DNA of 64,000 nucleotides. It comes from Nitrospirota bacterium. Lineage in GTDB: Bacteria; Nitrospirota; Thermodesulfovibrionia; Thermodesulfovibrionales; Dissulfurispiraceae. The notes beneath the pieces were generated by a model. That model ran no database searches. It saw only the letters and a program-made list of their open reading frames with translations, and was not told the origin of the DNA. This document shows positions 41,193 through 51,847 of this stretch, piece after piece. The DNA lies in assembly GCA_040754455.1 (NCBI GenBank), contig JBFMCP010000002.1, positions 160,001-224,000 on the forward strand, read 5' to 3'. Numbering within the stretch: position 1 is the first letter of the stretch; each line of letters starts with the position of its first letter. The position numbers and the translations under genes were made by a program.

Positions 41193-42227
41193 ATGTACAC
41201 GGAGATTATCGATCCTGTGCAGTATCCCGCATGGGACGATCTGCTGCTTTCCCATGACGGCTATTCGTTCTTTCATTCCTCCTACTGGGCGCGGGTGCTC
41301 CGGGAATCATACGGCTATACGCCGCTCTACTTCACTACGTTCCGTCACGGTAGCGTGCTGACATTGATTCCCCTTATGGAGGTAAAGAGCCCTTTTACAG
41401 GGAGCAGGGGGGTATCTCTCCCTTTCACCGACTATTGCGACCCGATAGTTCCCGAAGGTCAGGATCTCCGGAGTGTGACGGACTGCTTGGCCGCGTACGG
41501 CAGAAAGAGAGGGTGGAAATATATAGAGCTCAGATCCAGGAACAACAGTAATGAGCAGGATATCTCCTCCTCATATTATTACGGACACGTTCTGACCCTG
41601 TCGCCGGACGAGGAAAAAATGAGATCGGGCCTGAGGGACAGTACAAGAAGAAATATAGGAAAGGCGGAAAAAAGCGGCGTCGAGGTTATCATCGACAGAT
41701 CTGCCCAGGCGCTCGCTGAGTTCACCCGATTGAATTGTGTTACGCGCAGGTCGCACGGGATCCCCCCGCAGCCCGGCCGTTTTTTCAAAAGCCTCTATGA
41801 CCACATTATCGCAAAGGGGCACGGCTGTATCGCCCGGGCCGTGTTTCAAAAGAAGACCATAGCAGGCGCGCTTTACCTGCACATCGGCAAAAAGGCTGTT
41901 TATAAATATGGAGCATCGGACAAAGCCTACCAGTCCCTCCGGGCAAACAATCTCGTCATGTGGAAGGCAATCACATGGTATGCCCGGAACGGATTCAAAA
42001 GCCTCTGCTTCGGAAGGAGTGAGCCTGAAAACAGCGGCCTCCTTCAATTCAAATCGGGATGGGGAGCGGACGAGCACTGCATACGGTATTATCGGTACGA
42101 TCTGCAAAAAGGAGAATTCATGAAAAGAGCCACCCACGTAAAGGGGTTGCACAACAATATCTTCAATAAGATGCCGGTCCCCTTATTGAGAATGGCCGGC
42201 TCGCTGCTTTATAAGCATATAGGATAG
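41193..42227 (+). CDS. FemAB-like/GNAT acyltransferase
   Basis: FFHSSYW, SLPFTDYC, RRNIGKAEKSGV, ANNLVMW, GLLQFKSGWG; ATG at 41193 preferred. Confidence 0.8.
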   Translation: MYTEIIDPVQYPAWDDLLLSHDGYSFFHSSYWARVLRESYGYTPLYFTTFRHGSVLTLIPLMEVKSPFTGSRGVSLPFTDYCDPIVPEGQDLRSVTDCLAAYGRKRGWKYIELRSRNNSNEQDISSSYYYGHVLTLSPDEEKMRSGLRDSTRRNIGKAEKSGVEVIIDRSAQALAEFTRLNCVTRRSHGIPPQPGRFFKSLYDHIIAKGHGCIARAVFQKKTIAGALYLHIGKKAVYKYGASDKAYQSLRANNLVMWKAITWYARNGFKSLCFGRSEPENSGLLQFKSGWGADEHCIRYYRYDLQKGEFMKRATHVKGLHNNIFNKMPVPLLRMAGSLLYKHIG

Positions 42228-42229
42228 CT

Positions 42230-43180
42230 ATGATCGACAGGACGATTTACTATCATATAAAGCCCCTTATTCCACGACGCCTGCAGATTGCGGTGCGACA
42301 GCAGGTGGTGCTGTGGAAACGCAGGGTCCACACCGAACGATGGCCCATTGACGAGCATGCGAAGACGCCTCCCCGCAACTGGCAGGGGTGGCCCGGCGGC
42401 AAACAGTTTGCCTTTGTGCTTACCCATGATGTGGATACCATGAAAGGCCAGGACCGCTGCTATGACGTCATGCGGCTGGAAGAACAGCTGGGCTTCCGGT
42501 CCTCTTTTAACTTTGTCCCCCTGCGCTACCGGGTGTGTCCTGAATTGCGCGCCTGTCTCACCGGCGGTGGATTTGAAGTAGGTGTCCATGGATTGTATCA
42601 TGACGGGAAGTACTATGCCTCGAGGGAAGTTTTCAGGAATCGGGCGATTTTAATCAATCATTACCTCAGGGAATGGGGTGCCGTCGGCTTCCGTTCACCT
42701 TCCATGCAGCGAAACCTGGAATGGATCCACGATCTGCATATCGAATATGATGCCTCAACGTTCGACACCGATCCCTTCGAGCCCCAGCCCGACGGCGCCG
42801 GCACCATCTTTCCTTTCTGGGTGCAGCAGGATGAAAAAAGTCAGAAAGGATATACGGAGCTTCCGTATACGCTCCCCCAGGATTTCACCCTGTTTGTTCT
42901 CATGAAGGAGCGCAGCATCGACATCTGGAAAAAGAAGTTGGATTGGATCGCTGAAAAAGGGGGTATGGCGCTCTTGATTACCCACCCTGACTATATGAAT
43001 TGCAAAAACGACACCTTCGAGACGGATGGATATCCGCTGAGTTATTTCAAGAAATTCCTTGATTATGTGAAGTCCAGATATGAGGGCTGCTATTGGAACG
43101 CGTTGCCAATGGAGGTATCCCGCTTCTGGAAAGAAAACATGGTCACCGGCAGCAGGACGGAACAATGTTCAGAGCAATGA
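42230..43180 (+). CDS. Polysaccharide deacetylase-like protein
   Basis: LTHDVD, EVGVHGLYH, GFRSP, YDAS, ITHPDY. Confidence 0.78.
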   Translation: MIDRTIYYHIKPLIPRRLQIAVRQQVVLWKRRVHTERWPIDEHAKTPPRNWQGWPGGKQFAFVLTHDVDTMKGQDRCYDVMRLEEQLGFRSSFNFVPLRYRVCPELRACLTGGGFEVGVHGLYHDGKYYASREVFRNRAILINHYLREWGAVGFRSPSMQRNLEWIHDLHIEYDASTFDTDPFEPQPDGAGTIFPFWVQQDEKSQKGYTELPYTLPQDFTLFVLMKERSIDIWKKKLDWIAEKGGMALLITHPDYMNCKNDTFETDGYPLSYFKKFLDYVKSRYEGCYWNALPMEVSRFWKENMVTGSRTEQCSEQ

Positions 43181-43183
43181 TGT

Positions 43184-44365
43184 ATGATAAGGCCCTTTGA
43201 GAAACCTGTATATGTGACGAGGCCCTTTTTGCCGCCGCTGGAGGAGTTCTGCCAGGGGCTCGAGGAAATATGGGAGAACCGCTGGTTGACGAACAACGGA
43301 CCCGTCCTCCAGCGCTTCACGCAAGAAATGTGCAATCTCTTCAGGACCGACAATATCTGCCTTTTCAATAACGGGACACTGGCCCTTCAAATAGCCCTGC
43401 AGGGAATGGGGATATCAGGCGAGGTCATCACTACTCCTTTTACGTTTGTGGCAACGACCCATGCCCTGTTCTGGAACAAGATCAGACCCGTCTTCGTTGA
43501 CATCGAACCGGAGTATTATACCCTTGATCCTGAAAAAGTCGAGGCGGCGATCACCCCCTGGACAACCGCTATCCTGGCGGTCCATGTCTACGGCCATCCC
43601 TGCAAGCTCGATGCGCTGGCCGACATCGCACGACGGCACAATCTGAGACTCATTTATGACGCAGCGCACGCGTTTGGCGTAGAAGTCGGCAACACCCCGA
43701 TCGCTCACTTCGGGGACCTGAGCATGTTCAGCTTCCATTCCACCAAATTATTCCACTCCATAGAGGGAGGAATGCTCGTTTTCCGGGAGGCGGGACTGAA
43801 AGGCATGTTCGACTACCTGAAGAACTTCGGCTTCAAAAACGAGGTCGAGGTCGTCATGCCCGGCACCAATGCCAAGATGAATGAAATGCAGGCCCTGATG
43901 GGCCTTCATGTTCTGAAATGCCTTGAAGAGATCATAGGGCAGCGTGCCAGGATTACCGACGTATATCGAGATGGGCTCGGGGATGTCCCCGGCATTCGCC
44001 TCACGCCGGCCCTGCCGCCCGAGGTGTACTACAACTACGCGTATATGCCGATCGAGGTGGATGAAGAGGAATTCGGGATGAGCCGCGATGCATTGTATGA
44101 AAAACTCAAGGAATGGAACGTATACACCCGCCGTTATTTCTATCCGCTCATCTGCGATTATTCCTGTTATCGCAGCATTTCGGTGAATGACTCCCTGGCG
44201 GTCGCACGCCGGGTGTCTGAGCGCATATTGACATTGCCGATCTACGACGGACTGGAACTCTCCGATGTCGAGGCCATCTGCGAGATCATTACGTCTCTCC
44301 AGCAAGGAACCAAGCATAAGAGGAAGGTCGTTGCTGCGCCGAGAGAGCTGGCAGGAATAAGTTAA
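43184..44365 (+). CDS. DegT-family aminotransferase (VioA-like)
   Basis: VTRPFLPP, WLTNNGP, YDAAHAFG, SFHSTK, GTNAKMNE, RRYFYP. Confidence 0.9.
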   Translation: MIRPFEKPVYVTRPFLPPLEEFCQGLEEIWENRWLTNNGPVLQRFTQEMCNLFRTDNICLFNNGTLALQIALQGMGISGEVITTPFTFVATTHALFWNKIRPVFVDIEPEYYTLDPEKVEAAITPWTTAILAVHVYGHPCKLDALADIARRHNLRLIYDAAHAFGVEVGNTPIAHFGDLSMFSFHSTKLFHSIEGGMLVFREAGLKGMFDYLKNFGFKNEVEVVMPGTNAKMNEMQALMGLHVLKCLEEIIGQRARITDVYRDGLGDVPGIRLTPALPPEVYYNYAYMPIEVDEEEFGMSRDALYEKLKEWNVYTRRYFYPLICDYSCYRSISVNDSLAVARRVSERILTLPIYDGLELSDVEAICEIITSLQQGTKHKRKVVAAPRELAGIS

Positions 44366-44381
44366 GCTCGGGAGATCGAAC

Positions 44382-45095
44382 ATGGAAAAAATCGTTCTTT
44401 TCGGAAACAGTGTATTTGCTGAGCAAATCTATTTTCTTCTGACACACGATTCTCCGTACGAAGTGGCGGCGTTTACGGTGGATGGCAACTACATCAAGGA
44501 TGATACGTTGTTCGGAGTGCCTGTTGTCCCTTTTGAAACGGTGGAATCTTCTTTTCCACCTTCAGAGTACAAAATGTCTATCGCGATCAGTTTTCAAAAA
44601 ATCAACAGATTACGAGAAGAGAAGTACCTGCAAGCGAAAGCCAAAGGGTATCAGTTCATTAATTATCTGAGCTCCAGGGCCACGTCGTATCCTGGTTTGA
44701 CGGTCGGCGACAATTGCATTATATTGGAAAACTCCGTGATTGCCCCCTATGTCGAGATCGGTAATGATGTCATCATAGCGTCCGGCGCGATGATCGGACA
44801 TCATACAGTAATAAAAGACCATTGTTTCATTTCTCCCGGCGCTGTTGTTTTAGGGGGCGTTACCGTGGAAGAATACTGTCTTATCGGAGCGAACGCGACC
44901 ATTAAAGAGGAGGTCAGAGTCGCAAGGGAGTGCCTTGTCGGAAGCGGCGTATCAATCACCAGAAATACCCGGGAAAGAGGGGTATATATTAACCCCCCGG
45001 CCGATTTGCATCCAAAGAGAAGCGACGAATTGAGAACATGGCTGACGTGGCCCTCAAGGGCGCGCAAATTTTCACCGGACTGCGTGTCGAAATGA
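44382..45095 (+). CDS. Sugar acyltransferase (NeuD/PglD/VioB-like)
   Basis: N-terminal Rossmann-like segment plus hexapeptide repeats, IGHH. Confidence 0.83.
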   Translation: MEKIVLFGNSVFAEQIYFLLTHDSPYEVAAFTVDGNYIKDDTLFGVPVVPFETVESSFPPSEYKMSIAISFQKINRLREEKYLQAKAKGYQFINYLSSRATSYPGLTVGDNCIILENSVIAPYVEIGNDVIIASGAMIGHHTVIKDHCFISPGAVVLGGVTVEEYCLIGANATIKEEVRVARECLVGSGVSITRNTRERGVYINPPADLHPKRSDELRTWLTWPSRARKFSPDCVSK

Positions 45096-46003
45096 AAGGC
45101 AAAGAACGTAAGGTGAGGACCTGCATACGAAATATGACGAAAACGGATGTGGAACGGGTGGGGGAGGTTCTCTTTGATGCGTTCAACGCTGGTGCATCGA
45201 AACACGGATATGCCCCGAGAATGCAGAGCGTGCAGGAAGGGACATCCTGGGCCTGGGCTATGCTTCGCCATGGTCCCAGTGAAAGACTGATTGCCGAGGT
45301 TGAAGAACGCCCTGTAGGAATATGCTGTCTGCATCCAAGGGGAGGTCATGGAGGCGTCGGGCCTGTTGCTGTTGCCCCGATGTTTCAGGGATATGGAATC
45401 GGACGGGAGTTGATGACCGCTCTACTCAAGAGGGCGGAGGGGTTACAGAGTGTAAGACTTTTCCAGGAAGCCTTCAATCCCGCTTCTTTTTCTTTGTATT
45501 ACTCGCTCAATTTCAGGCCGGCAGCAGAGCTGTTGGATTTATTTCTGGATGCAGGAGTGCGGGATGGAGTGGATCTGTGCAGCAATATCAGTGCCTTAAC
45601 CTTGAATGATCTTGATGAGGTGCATGCATATGATACTCCAAGAAGCACCTTGGACCGCCGGGCGGACTTTGCATATTATGTCAAGTGGGGCAAGGTTTTT
45701 GTTTATCGCCGTCAATCGCGGGTTCGCGGGTTTCTGGCATGTCTTCCCGGCTCACGGTCGGTGCAGCTTGGCCCCCTCGTCGCCGAAGGAGAAGAGGAGG
45801 CTCAGTGCCTGTTCCGCCACGCAGTCGGTGCCTTCAATGAACGACCATGCCAAACGCGTGTTATGGCCAGAGATTATTCACTTGTCAGGACTCTTCAGGA
45901 ATGGGGCTTTAAGCTCTATTGCCTGAACGTTCTCATGGTGAGAGGTGCATGGAGGCCCGGCCGATATATCGAAGCATTTGGCAGGTTCCCCGAAGGGACG
46001 TAA
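45092..46003 (+). CDS. GNAT-family N-acyltransferase (two-domain)
   Basis: GPVAVAPMFQGYGIGREL acetyl-CoA motif; start uncertain (45038/45092/45134). Confidence 0.75.
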   Translation: MKGKERKVRTCIRNMTKTDVERVGEVLFDAFNAGASKHGYAPRMQSVQEGTSWAWAMLRHGPSERLIAEVEERPVGICCLHPRGGHGGVGPVAVAPMFQGYGIGRELMTALLKRAEGLQSVRLFQEAFNPASFSLYYSLNFRPAAELLDLFLDAGVRDGVDLCSNISALTLNDLDEVHAYDTPRSTLDRRADFAYYVKWGKVFVYRRQSRVRGFLACLPGSRSVQLGPLVAEGEEEAQCLFRHAVGAFNERPCQTRVMARDYSLVRTLQEWGFKLYCLNVLMVRGAWRPGRYIEAFGRFPEGT

Positions 46004-46065
46004 GCTGCAAAAAAACTCACCGCTGAAAACCTATATTAATGATATCAACATGAGGAGGCGTTGCA

Positions 46066-46317
46066 ATGACGATTCTGAAAAACATTGAGAGATTTCTGCT
46101 TTCCGAAATCGCCCCTGATCTTGACAAGCAGTCCCTGGATCCTGATGAAGATATTCTCGAGCAGCGGATTATCGACTCCCTCGGGGTGCTGAAGCTGGTA
46201 GTTTTTCTGGAGAAGGCTCACGGCATACAGGTGCGTGATGAAGATATAGTCCCTGAGAACTTTCAAAGCCTCAACAGTATGGCCAACTTTGTCCAACAGA
46301 GGATGCAGAACGCGTAG
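46066..46317 (+). CDS. Stand-alone acyl/peptidyl carrier protein
   Basis: 83 aa, acidic, IIDSLGV phosphopantetheine motif, PENFQS. Confidence 0.9.
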   Translation: MTILKNIERFLLSEIAPDLDKQSLDPDEDILEQRIIDSLGVLKLVVFLEKAHGIQVRDEDIVPENFQSLNSMANFVQQRMQNA

Positions 46318-46472
46318 TTTGCGTTTTCGGTATAAGCCGGTGCTCAATGGGAGAGAAAACCAGGAGCGGTAATCCTTTTCCCCAGCCGGGAATACTCTCA
46401 AAATCCAGGGCCGTATCAAGATAATATTGTCGATAATTCCTCTGCTGTAAGAAAGCAGAAGGAGGTAATACT

Positions 46473-47618
46473 GTGAATTTCGAATTCAGTGAAGAGCAAT
46501 TGGAGTTCAAAAAAAGCGCAATCCTTTTCGCCCGGAAGACGCTTAATCACGATATTATCGAAAGGGATAGAGGTGCCGTTTTCTCCCGTGAGCTCTGGAA
46601 AAAGTGCGCGAATTTCGGCATACAGGGCTCCGCTTTTCCTGAACGATACGGTGGGCTCGACGCCGATATATTCAGCACGATGCTCATGATGGAGGGCTTG
46701 GGATACGGGTGCAAAGACAGTGGCTTGATTTTCGCCATCAACGGACAGATGTGGACGGTGCAGATGCCCATCCTGAGGTTCGGCACTGATGCACAAAAAG
46801 ATAAGTATCTGCCCGGCCTTTGCAGTGGCGAGCTGATCGGGGCCAACGGTGTGACCGAGCCGGACTCAGGGTCGGATGTTTTCAGTCTTACCACTTCAGC
46901 GAGGCGGGAGGGCGACTACTATATTTTGAACGGCGTCAAAACATTTTGCACCATAGCGCCTGCGGCTGACGTGTTTATGGTATTTGCTACCGTTGATAAG
47001 CGCAAGGGCTTTATGGGGGTCACTGCGTTTATCGTCGAAAGGGACTTTCCGGGCTTCAGAGTCGGAAGGGATATCGAGAAAATGGGGTTGAGGACCGCTC
47101 CCATGGCTGAGCTGATCCTTGAGGATTGCAAAGTGCCGGCAGAGAACCGTCTCGGCAAGGAGGGGAATGGAGCGGCGATCTTTGAGGACACCGCGGAGTG
47201 GGAAAGGAGTTGTATTTTGGCCGGGCTGCTCGGCGCGATGGAGAGACAGCTGGAACAATGCATTAAATATTCCAGAGAGCGGAAACAATTCGGCAAAGCG
47301 ATCGGGAAGTATCAGTCCATTGCCAATAAGATTGTTGATATGAAAGTGCGCTTGGATACGTCCAGGCTCCTTCTGTACAAAGTCGCCTGGGCGAAACAGG
47401 CCCACGGTAAAGCCGCCATGGATGCCGCTCTCGCAAAATTATACATAAGCGAGTCCTGGGTGCGTTCCTGTCTCGATGCCGTCCAGATCCACGGAGGGTA
47501 CGGCTATACGACGGAATACGAAGTGGAGCGCGATTTGCGTGATTCCGTCGGAAGTACACTCTATTCCGGGACCTCGGAGATTCAACGGAATATCATAGCC
47601 CGCTATCTGGGGCTTTGA
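46473..47618 (+). CDS. Acyl-CoA dehydrogenase family, prolyl-carrier-protein dehydrogenase-like (AnaB/PltE)
   Basis: [51 protein letters not shown]. Confidence 0.82.
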   Translation: MNFEFSEEQLEFKKSAILFARKTLNHDIIERDRGAVFSRELWKKCANFGIQGSAFPERYGGLDADIFSTMLMMEGLGYGCKDSGLIFAINGQMWTVQMPILRFGTDAQKDKYLPGLCSGELIGANGVTEPDSGSDVFSLTTSARREGDYYILNGVKTFCTIAPAADVFMVFATVDKRKGFMGVTAFIVERDFPGFRVGRDIEKMGLRTAPMAELILEDCKVPAENRLGKEGNGAAIFEDTAEWERSCILAGLLGAMERQLEQCIKYSRERKQFGKAIGKYQSIANKIVDMKVRLDTSRLLLYKVAWAKQAHGKAAMDAALAKLYISESWVRSCLDAVQIHGGYGYTTEYEVERDLRDSVGSTLYSGTSEIQRNIIARYLGL

Positions 47619-47643
47619 TGCCTTCAGACCAACAGAGAGAAAA

Positions 47644-50600
47644 ATGAAATCCAAAGATACCTCATTACGGATTCAAAAAGCTCTCATCATTGCGCTTGCC
47701 GTTCTGTCAGCAATTATTGTGGCGGTGACCTCTGTCAGTGCGCAGGCCCCCGAACCGGTGGTTGCCATACATGTCTCCGAGCTGACACAGGCCTTGGAGA
47801 CGATGCCAGCCGAGGCGCCTACCCCGACAGGATCGGGAGCTACTGGCTATGAGTGGTGGTATACTTCATGGCACTATTTTGTAATGCCTGAGTCATTGAA
47901 AGAAGTGCTGCGCTCGGACGGCACGCCGTTTGTTGAGGTGAGTGATGCCGATATTGCGGCCGGCCGTCTCCTTTATCCTGATGGAACTCCGAGATACCCT
48001 ATTCTGATCAGCTTAGCCTCTGAGTCGATCGCCGATAATGAAATCATACCGCTGCGCGACTACGTCGCTGCCGGCGGATTCCTGTTTATCGGCTCATCAG
48101 CGTTTACGCGCAACCCTGACGGCACAACACGGGGAGATTTTGCCTTGGCCGATGAGATGGGGATGCATATGGTGTATCCTGCCCTTCAGAACTGGTATAA
48201 AAACCTCTACTTCTCCAAAGTTGCTGATCACCGTTTGGCGGCCGGTATCCCGGCTGGCACCATCGCCTGGCGCATGCCGCTCAGTTCACAGGAGATCCCT
48301 TTGGAGACATCGCCGGGGCACTCCGTTCATGGATACCACTATGTGTTTCAGGTGTATGCCACCAGCGGCACTACCGTGATTGCCAATGGCGATGCAGGAC
48401 CGCTGCTCGCAACCAGACAATACGGCAACGGGAATTTTATCTACTATGGAGCTCTGCAGCCGCTTATCGGACACACTGTGTATGATCCGTCCATGTACGC
48501 ATATCTTATTTACCGTCATGCAATCGAATGGGCTTTCGAGGCCGCCGACCTCCCTCTCATTAAGCTCAGTCCATGGCGCTACGAATACGATGCGGCTTTT
48601 ATCGTCAGACATGATTTTGAGAACACTGCAGAGTTGATACGGTCCATCGAATCGAGCGCAGCATTCGAACATTCCGTCGGTGCAAAGGGCGATTATTATT
48701 TTTGCACGGGCACGCTCCGCGATGAAATGCCGGACAAAGACACCGTCATTGCCAGCCTGCGGAGAGCAGTCGCCGACTACGGGGCGACGATCGGATCACA
48801 CAACGGCGGGCTGAAGAATCCGGTAAACACCTCTCTTGCTATCGGTGCCTTCGATTACTGGCATTGGGGACCTGACGAGGTCCTGAGCAAAGTTCCCCCG
48901 GGGTATTCCAGCGGTAAAGCATATGCCCAAGAGTCTCTTTCTTCGGCCTTCCAGGATATAGAAGGCTGGCTTGCCGGGATAGACAACGGCCGGACGGGGT
49001 GCGGTTCGGCGGGGAGCTGCCCACGGATCTGGGCTTCGCCTTATTTTAACTCGACGCGGGAAGATTCTTACGGCATCCTGCAAGATCTGAATGCCGCGAG
49101 CATGGGTGAACAGAAAATCGGCCCCTTTCCACACTGGACTCTCTCGTACAATACACCTGACAAGCGGTTCTCTCATGTTTCGATACCAGCGAGCGACTGG
49201 TATGTCGGCGCTGAAGTCCCCGGCGCCCTTGAATGGGGCCATACTGCGGATTCGATGCGGGCGGCCGTCGATTTCTATTACAGCCTTGGCGCCATGATCA
49301 ACCTGTACGGGCATATGCCCTCAAACGACACTAACCTGATGGGGCAGTACGTAAAGTATTGCATCGCCAAACCCCGAATATGGGCAACCAATGCAGTGGA
49401 ACTATCCGATTGGTGGCGCGTGCGATCCGCTACTGTTATTACACCGACATATAGCATGATAGACAATACCTCCATCGCAGAGGCCACGATTAGAGGGGCC
49501 ACCGACGAGGGCACTACTATTGAAGTGGCTCTGCCTGCCGGAATCGATCAAATTGATAGTAATCTCCAGGTCTTCATTAACGATGTGCCGGCTGACCCCG
49601 CTGATTACCGTATCATTGGGAACACGATAAAGGTTCGAATCGGCCCTTCGACTTCCAATGTGAAAGTGCAGTACACGATCAGTGATTCTCCTGTCGGAAC
49701 CTGGACACAAACCGATTGGATGGGCGGCGGCGGGCAGTCTGTCTGGAATGATGCAACGCGCTATGGTTCAGCCAGCGGCATTGATGACAGGCTCAGTGGA
49801 AACATCAGTCTTGCCGCCAGTAGCACCGTACTGTTTTCTGATGACTTCACCCGTCTGCCGGACAGCCCTGACCCACTCTCTCCATGGGTTGTTCCGATGG
49901 GAACGTGGTCAGTAGCAGAGGGAGTGATGAAAGGATCGGGTACTCGCCTGCAGTATTCCTATGCCTATATCTCCCCAACGCCTCAATGGACCGATTATAC
50001 GGTGCAGGGGAGCATCCAGATGCCGGCCGGATCGTTCGGAGGCGGCATCGGCGGGCGTGTAGATCCTGTCACCGGCGCCCACTATGGCGCATGGGTCTAT
50101 CCGGCAGGATCGCCGGGTGGGTCGAATGTGTTGAAGCTGTGGAAATTCCGGGGTTGGACAGACATTGGCGCCGGTGTGCCGATGCAGCAGGTCAGCCTGC
50201 CTGATGTCGGCACAGGTTGGCACACGCTCCAGCTGACGTTCATAGAGAATCGTATCCTCGTTTATTACGACGGCGTCCTGAAGATTGACGTGATGGATAA
50301 TAATTATGACTCCCGTGCTCCGTATTTGAGTGGTGGTATAAGTATGGATTGGGAGGCCTACAAAGCACCGTATACTATAACCGTCGATAACATATCAGTC
50401 GTCACCCTGCCGGAGTATGGCAGCAGCGGCGTAGTTGTATCTTCGGCTTTTGATGGCGGCGACGGAGTGCAGTGGCAGACCGTATCGTGGGATGCAGCTA
50501 CAGGGGACAGCACAAATGTTTGCATCAGAACCCGTACCGCTGATGTGGCCGACCAGCTTGCCGCTGCATCCTGGTCGGATTGCTACAGCACCAGCGGATC

Positions 50601-51789
50601 GGTGATAATGAGCGGGAACAAACGCTGGATCCAGTACCAGATGGAATTGACCACCAGCGATCCGTCAAGCTCGCCTGTTTTCGATGAAATCAGGATATCC
50701 TACCTGAAAGGGCCGGTTATCAACAGCTTGGCGCCAGCATCAGTTACTGCCGGGAGTTCAGCGTTCACACTTTTCGTCAATGGCAGCGGATTCGCCACTG
50801 ATTCTATAGTACGCTGGAATGGCTCGGATCGTCCCACAACGTATGTCAATGCCACTCAGTTAGCAGTGTCGATACCGGCAACGGATATAGCGGCGGCTGG
50901 AACAGTCCAGGTGACGGTGGTCAATCCTTCCTTCGGAGGGATCATCTCCAATGCCCAAATCTTCACGATCAATAATCCCGTGCCGGCGATTTCGAGCCTG
51001 AATCCATCATCCAGGGCAGCCGGAGGCTCAACCTTCACACTTACCGTCAATGGTACCGGCTTCATCAGTGATTCCGTAGTCCAATGGAATGGAGTAGATC
51101 GTCCGACCACATTTGTTTCTGCAACACGGCTGACCGCTGCGATTCCTGCTTCGGACATAGCGACAGCAGGGATGGCCCAGGTGATGGTGGTCAATCCCGC
51201 ACCGGGGGGCGGCACCTCTCAACCGCAAACCTTCACGATCAATAATCCGGTGCCGGCGATTTCGAGCCTGAGCCCTGCGACGGTCTATTCCGGAGGACCG
51301 AATTTCACGCTGACTATAAGTGGCAGTGGCTTTGTCCCCAGCTCGGTGGTCCAATGGAATGGATCTGCTCGTACGACGACGTATATTGCTTCGACCAAGT
51401 TGACCGCTGCGATTCCTGCTTCGGACAGAGCGACAGCAGGGATGGCCCAGGTGATGGTGGTCAATCCCGCACCGGGGGGCGGCACCTCTCAACCGCAAAC
51501 CTTCACGATCAATGATCCTCCGGTACCGGTAATTACGAGCCTGAGTCCGTCATCCGCGACAGCCGGAGGGTCGGCCTTCACACTGACCGTCTACGGCAGC
51601 GGCTTCGACATCGACTCGGTGGTCCAATGGAATGGAACGAGCCGTACGACGACGTATCTTTCATCAACCAAGCTGAGAGCTACAATTACGGCAGCCGACA
51701 GAGCGTCGGCAGGAACTGCCCAGGTGACCGTGTTTACGCCTGCCCCTGGTGGCGGCATCTCCAATCCACTGATCTTTGTAACGTACTGA
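47644..51789 (+). CDS. Large secreted protein: deacetylase-like N-terminal region, beta-sandwich domain and four IPT/TIG-like repeats
   Basis: Signal peptide, RHDFE/GSHNGG/YGH motifs, repeated PAISSLxP..FTLTVxGxGF...SVVQWNG..RxTT units. Confidence 0.7.
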   Translation: MKSKDTSLRIQKALIIALAVLSAIIVAVTSVSAQAPEPVVAIHVSELTQALETMPAEAPTPTGSGATGYEWWYTSWHYFVMPESLKEVLRSDGTPFVEVSDADIAAGRLLYPDGTPRYPILISLASESIADNEIIPLRDYVAAGGFLFIGSSAFTRNPDGTTRGDFALADEMGMHMVYPALQNWYKNLYFSKVADHRLAAGIPAGTIAWRMPLSSQEIPLETSPGHSVHGYHYVFQVYATSGTTVIANGDAGPLLATRQYGNGNFIYYGALQPLIGHTVYDPSMYAYLIYRHAIEWAFEAADLPLIKLSPWRYEYDAAFIVRHDFENTAELIRSIESSAAFEHSVGAKGDYYFCTGTLRDEMPDKDTVIASLRRAVADYGATIGSHNGGLKNPVNTSLAIGAFDYWHWGPDEVLSKVPPGYSSGKAYAQESLSSAFQDIEGWLAGIDNGRTGCGSAGSCPRIWASPYFNSTREDSYGILQDLNAASMGEQKIGPFPHWTLSYNTPDKRFSHVSIPASDWYVGAEVPGALEWGHTADSMRAAVDFYYSLGAMINLYGHMPSNDTNLMGQYVKYCIAKPRIWATNAVELSDWWRVRSATVITPTYSMIDNTSIAEATIRGATDEGTTIEVALPAGIDQIDSNLQVFINDVPADPADYRIIGNTIKVRIGPSTSNVKVQYTISDSPVGTWTQTDWMGGGGQSVWNDATRYGSASGIDDRLSGNISLAASSTVLFSDDFTRLPDSPDPLSPWVVPMGTWSVAEGVMKGSGTRLQYSYAYISPTPQWTDYTVQGSIQMPAGSFGGGIGGRVDPVTGAHYGAWVYPAGSPGGSNVLKLWKFRGWTDIGAGVPMQQVSLPDVGTGWHTLQLTFIENRILVYYDGVLKIDVMDNNYDSRAPYLSGGISMDWEAYKAPYTITVDNISVVTLPEYGSSGVVVSSAFDGGDGVQWQTVSWDAATGDSTNVCIRTRTADVADQLAAASWSDCYSTSGSVIMSGNKRWIQYQMELTTSDPSSSPVFDEIRISYLKGPVINSLAPASVTAGSSAFTLFVNGSGFATDSIVRWNGSDRPTTYVNATQLAVSIPATDIAAAGTVQVTVVNPSFGGIISNAQIFTINNPVPAISSLNPSSRAAGGSTFTLTVNGTGFISDSVVQWNGVDRPTTFVSATRLTAAIPASDIATAGMAQVMVVNPAPGGGTSQPQTFTINNPVPAISSLSPATVYSGGPNFTLTISGSGFVPSSVVQWNGSARTTTYIASTKLTAAIPASDRATAGMAQVMVVNPAPGGGTSQPQTFTINDPPVPVITSLSPSSATAGGSAFTLTVYGSGFDIDSVVQWNGTSRTTTYLSSTKLRATITAADRASAGTAQVTVFTPAPGGGISNPLIFVTY
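51131..51513 (+). repeat. Near-identical ~113-bp internal repeat within the TIG domains (51131-51243 and 51401-51513)
   Basis: tgaccgctgcgattcctgcttcggaca(t/g)agcgacag...cttcacgatcaat; one mismatch seen. Confidence 0.85.
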
Positions 51790-51847
51790 TCCGTCCACTC
51801 CGGTTACATCAACATATATCTAATCTGTTCAGCAACGGAGGTTGAGA

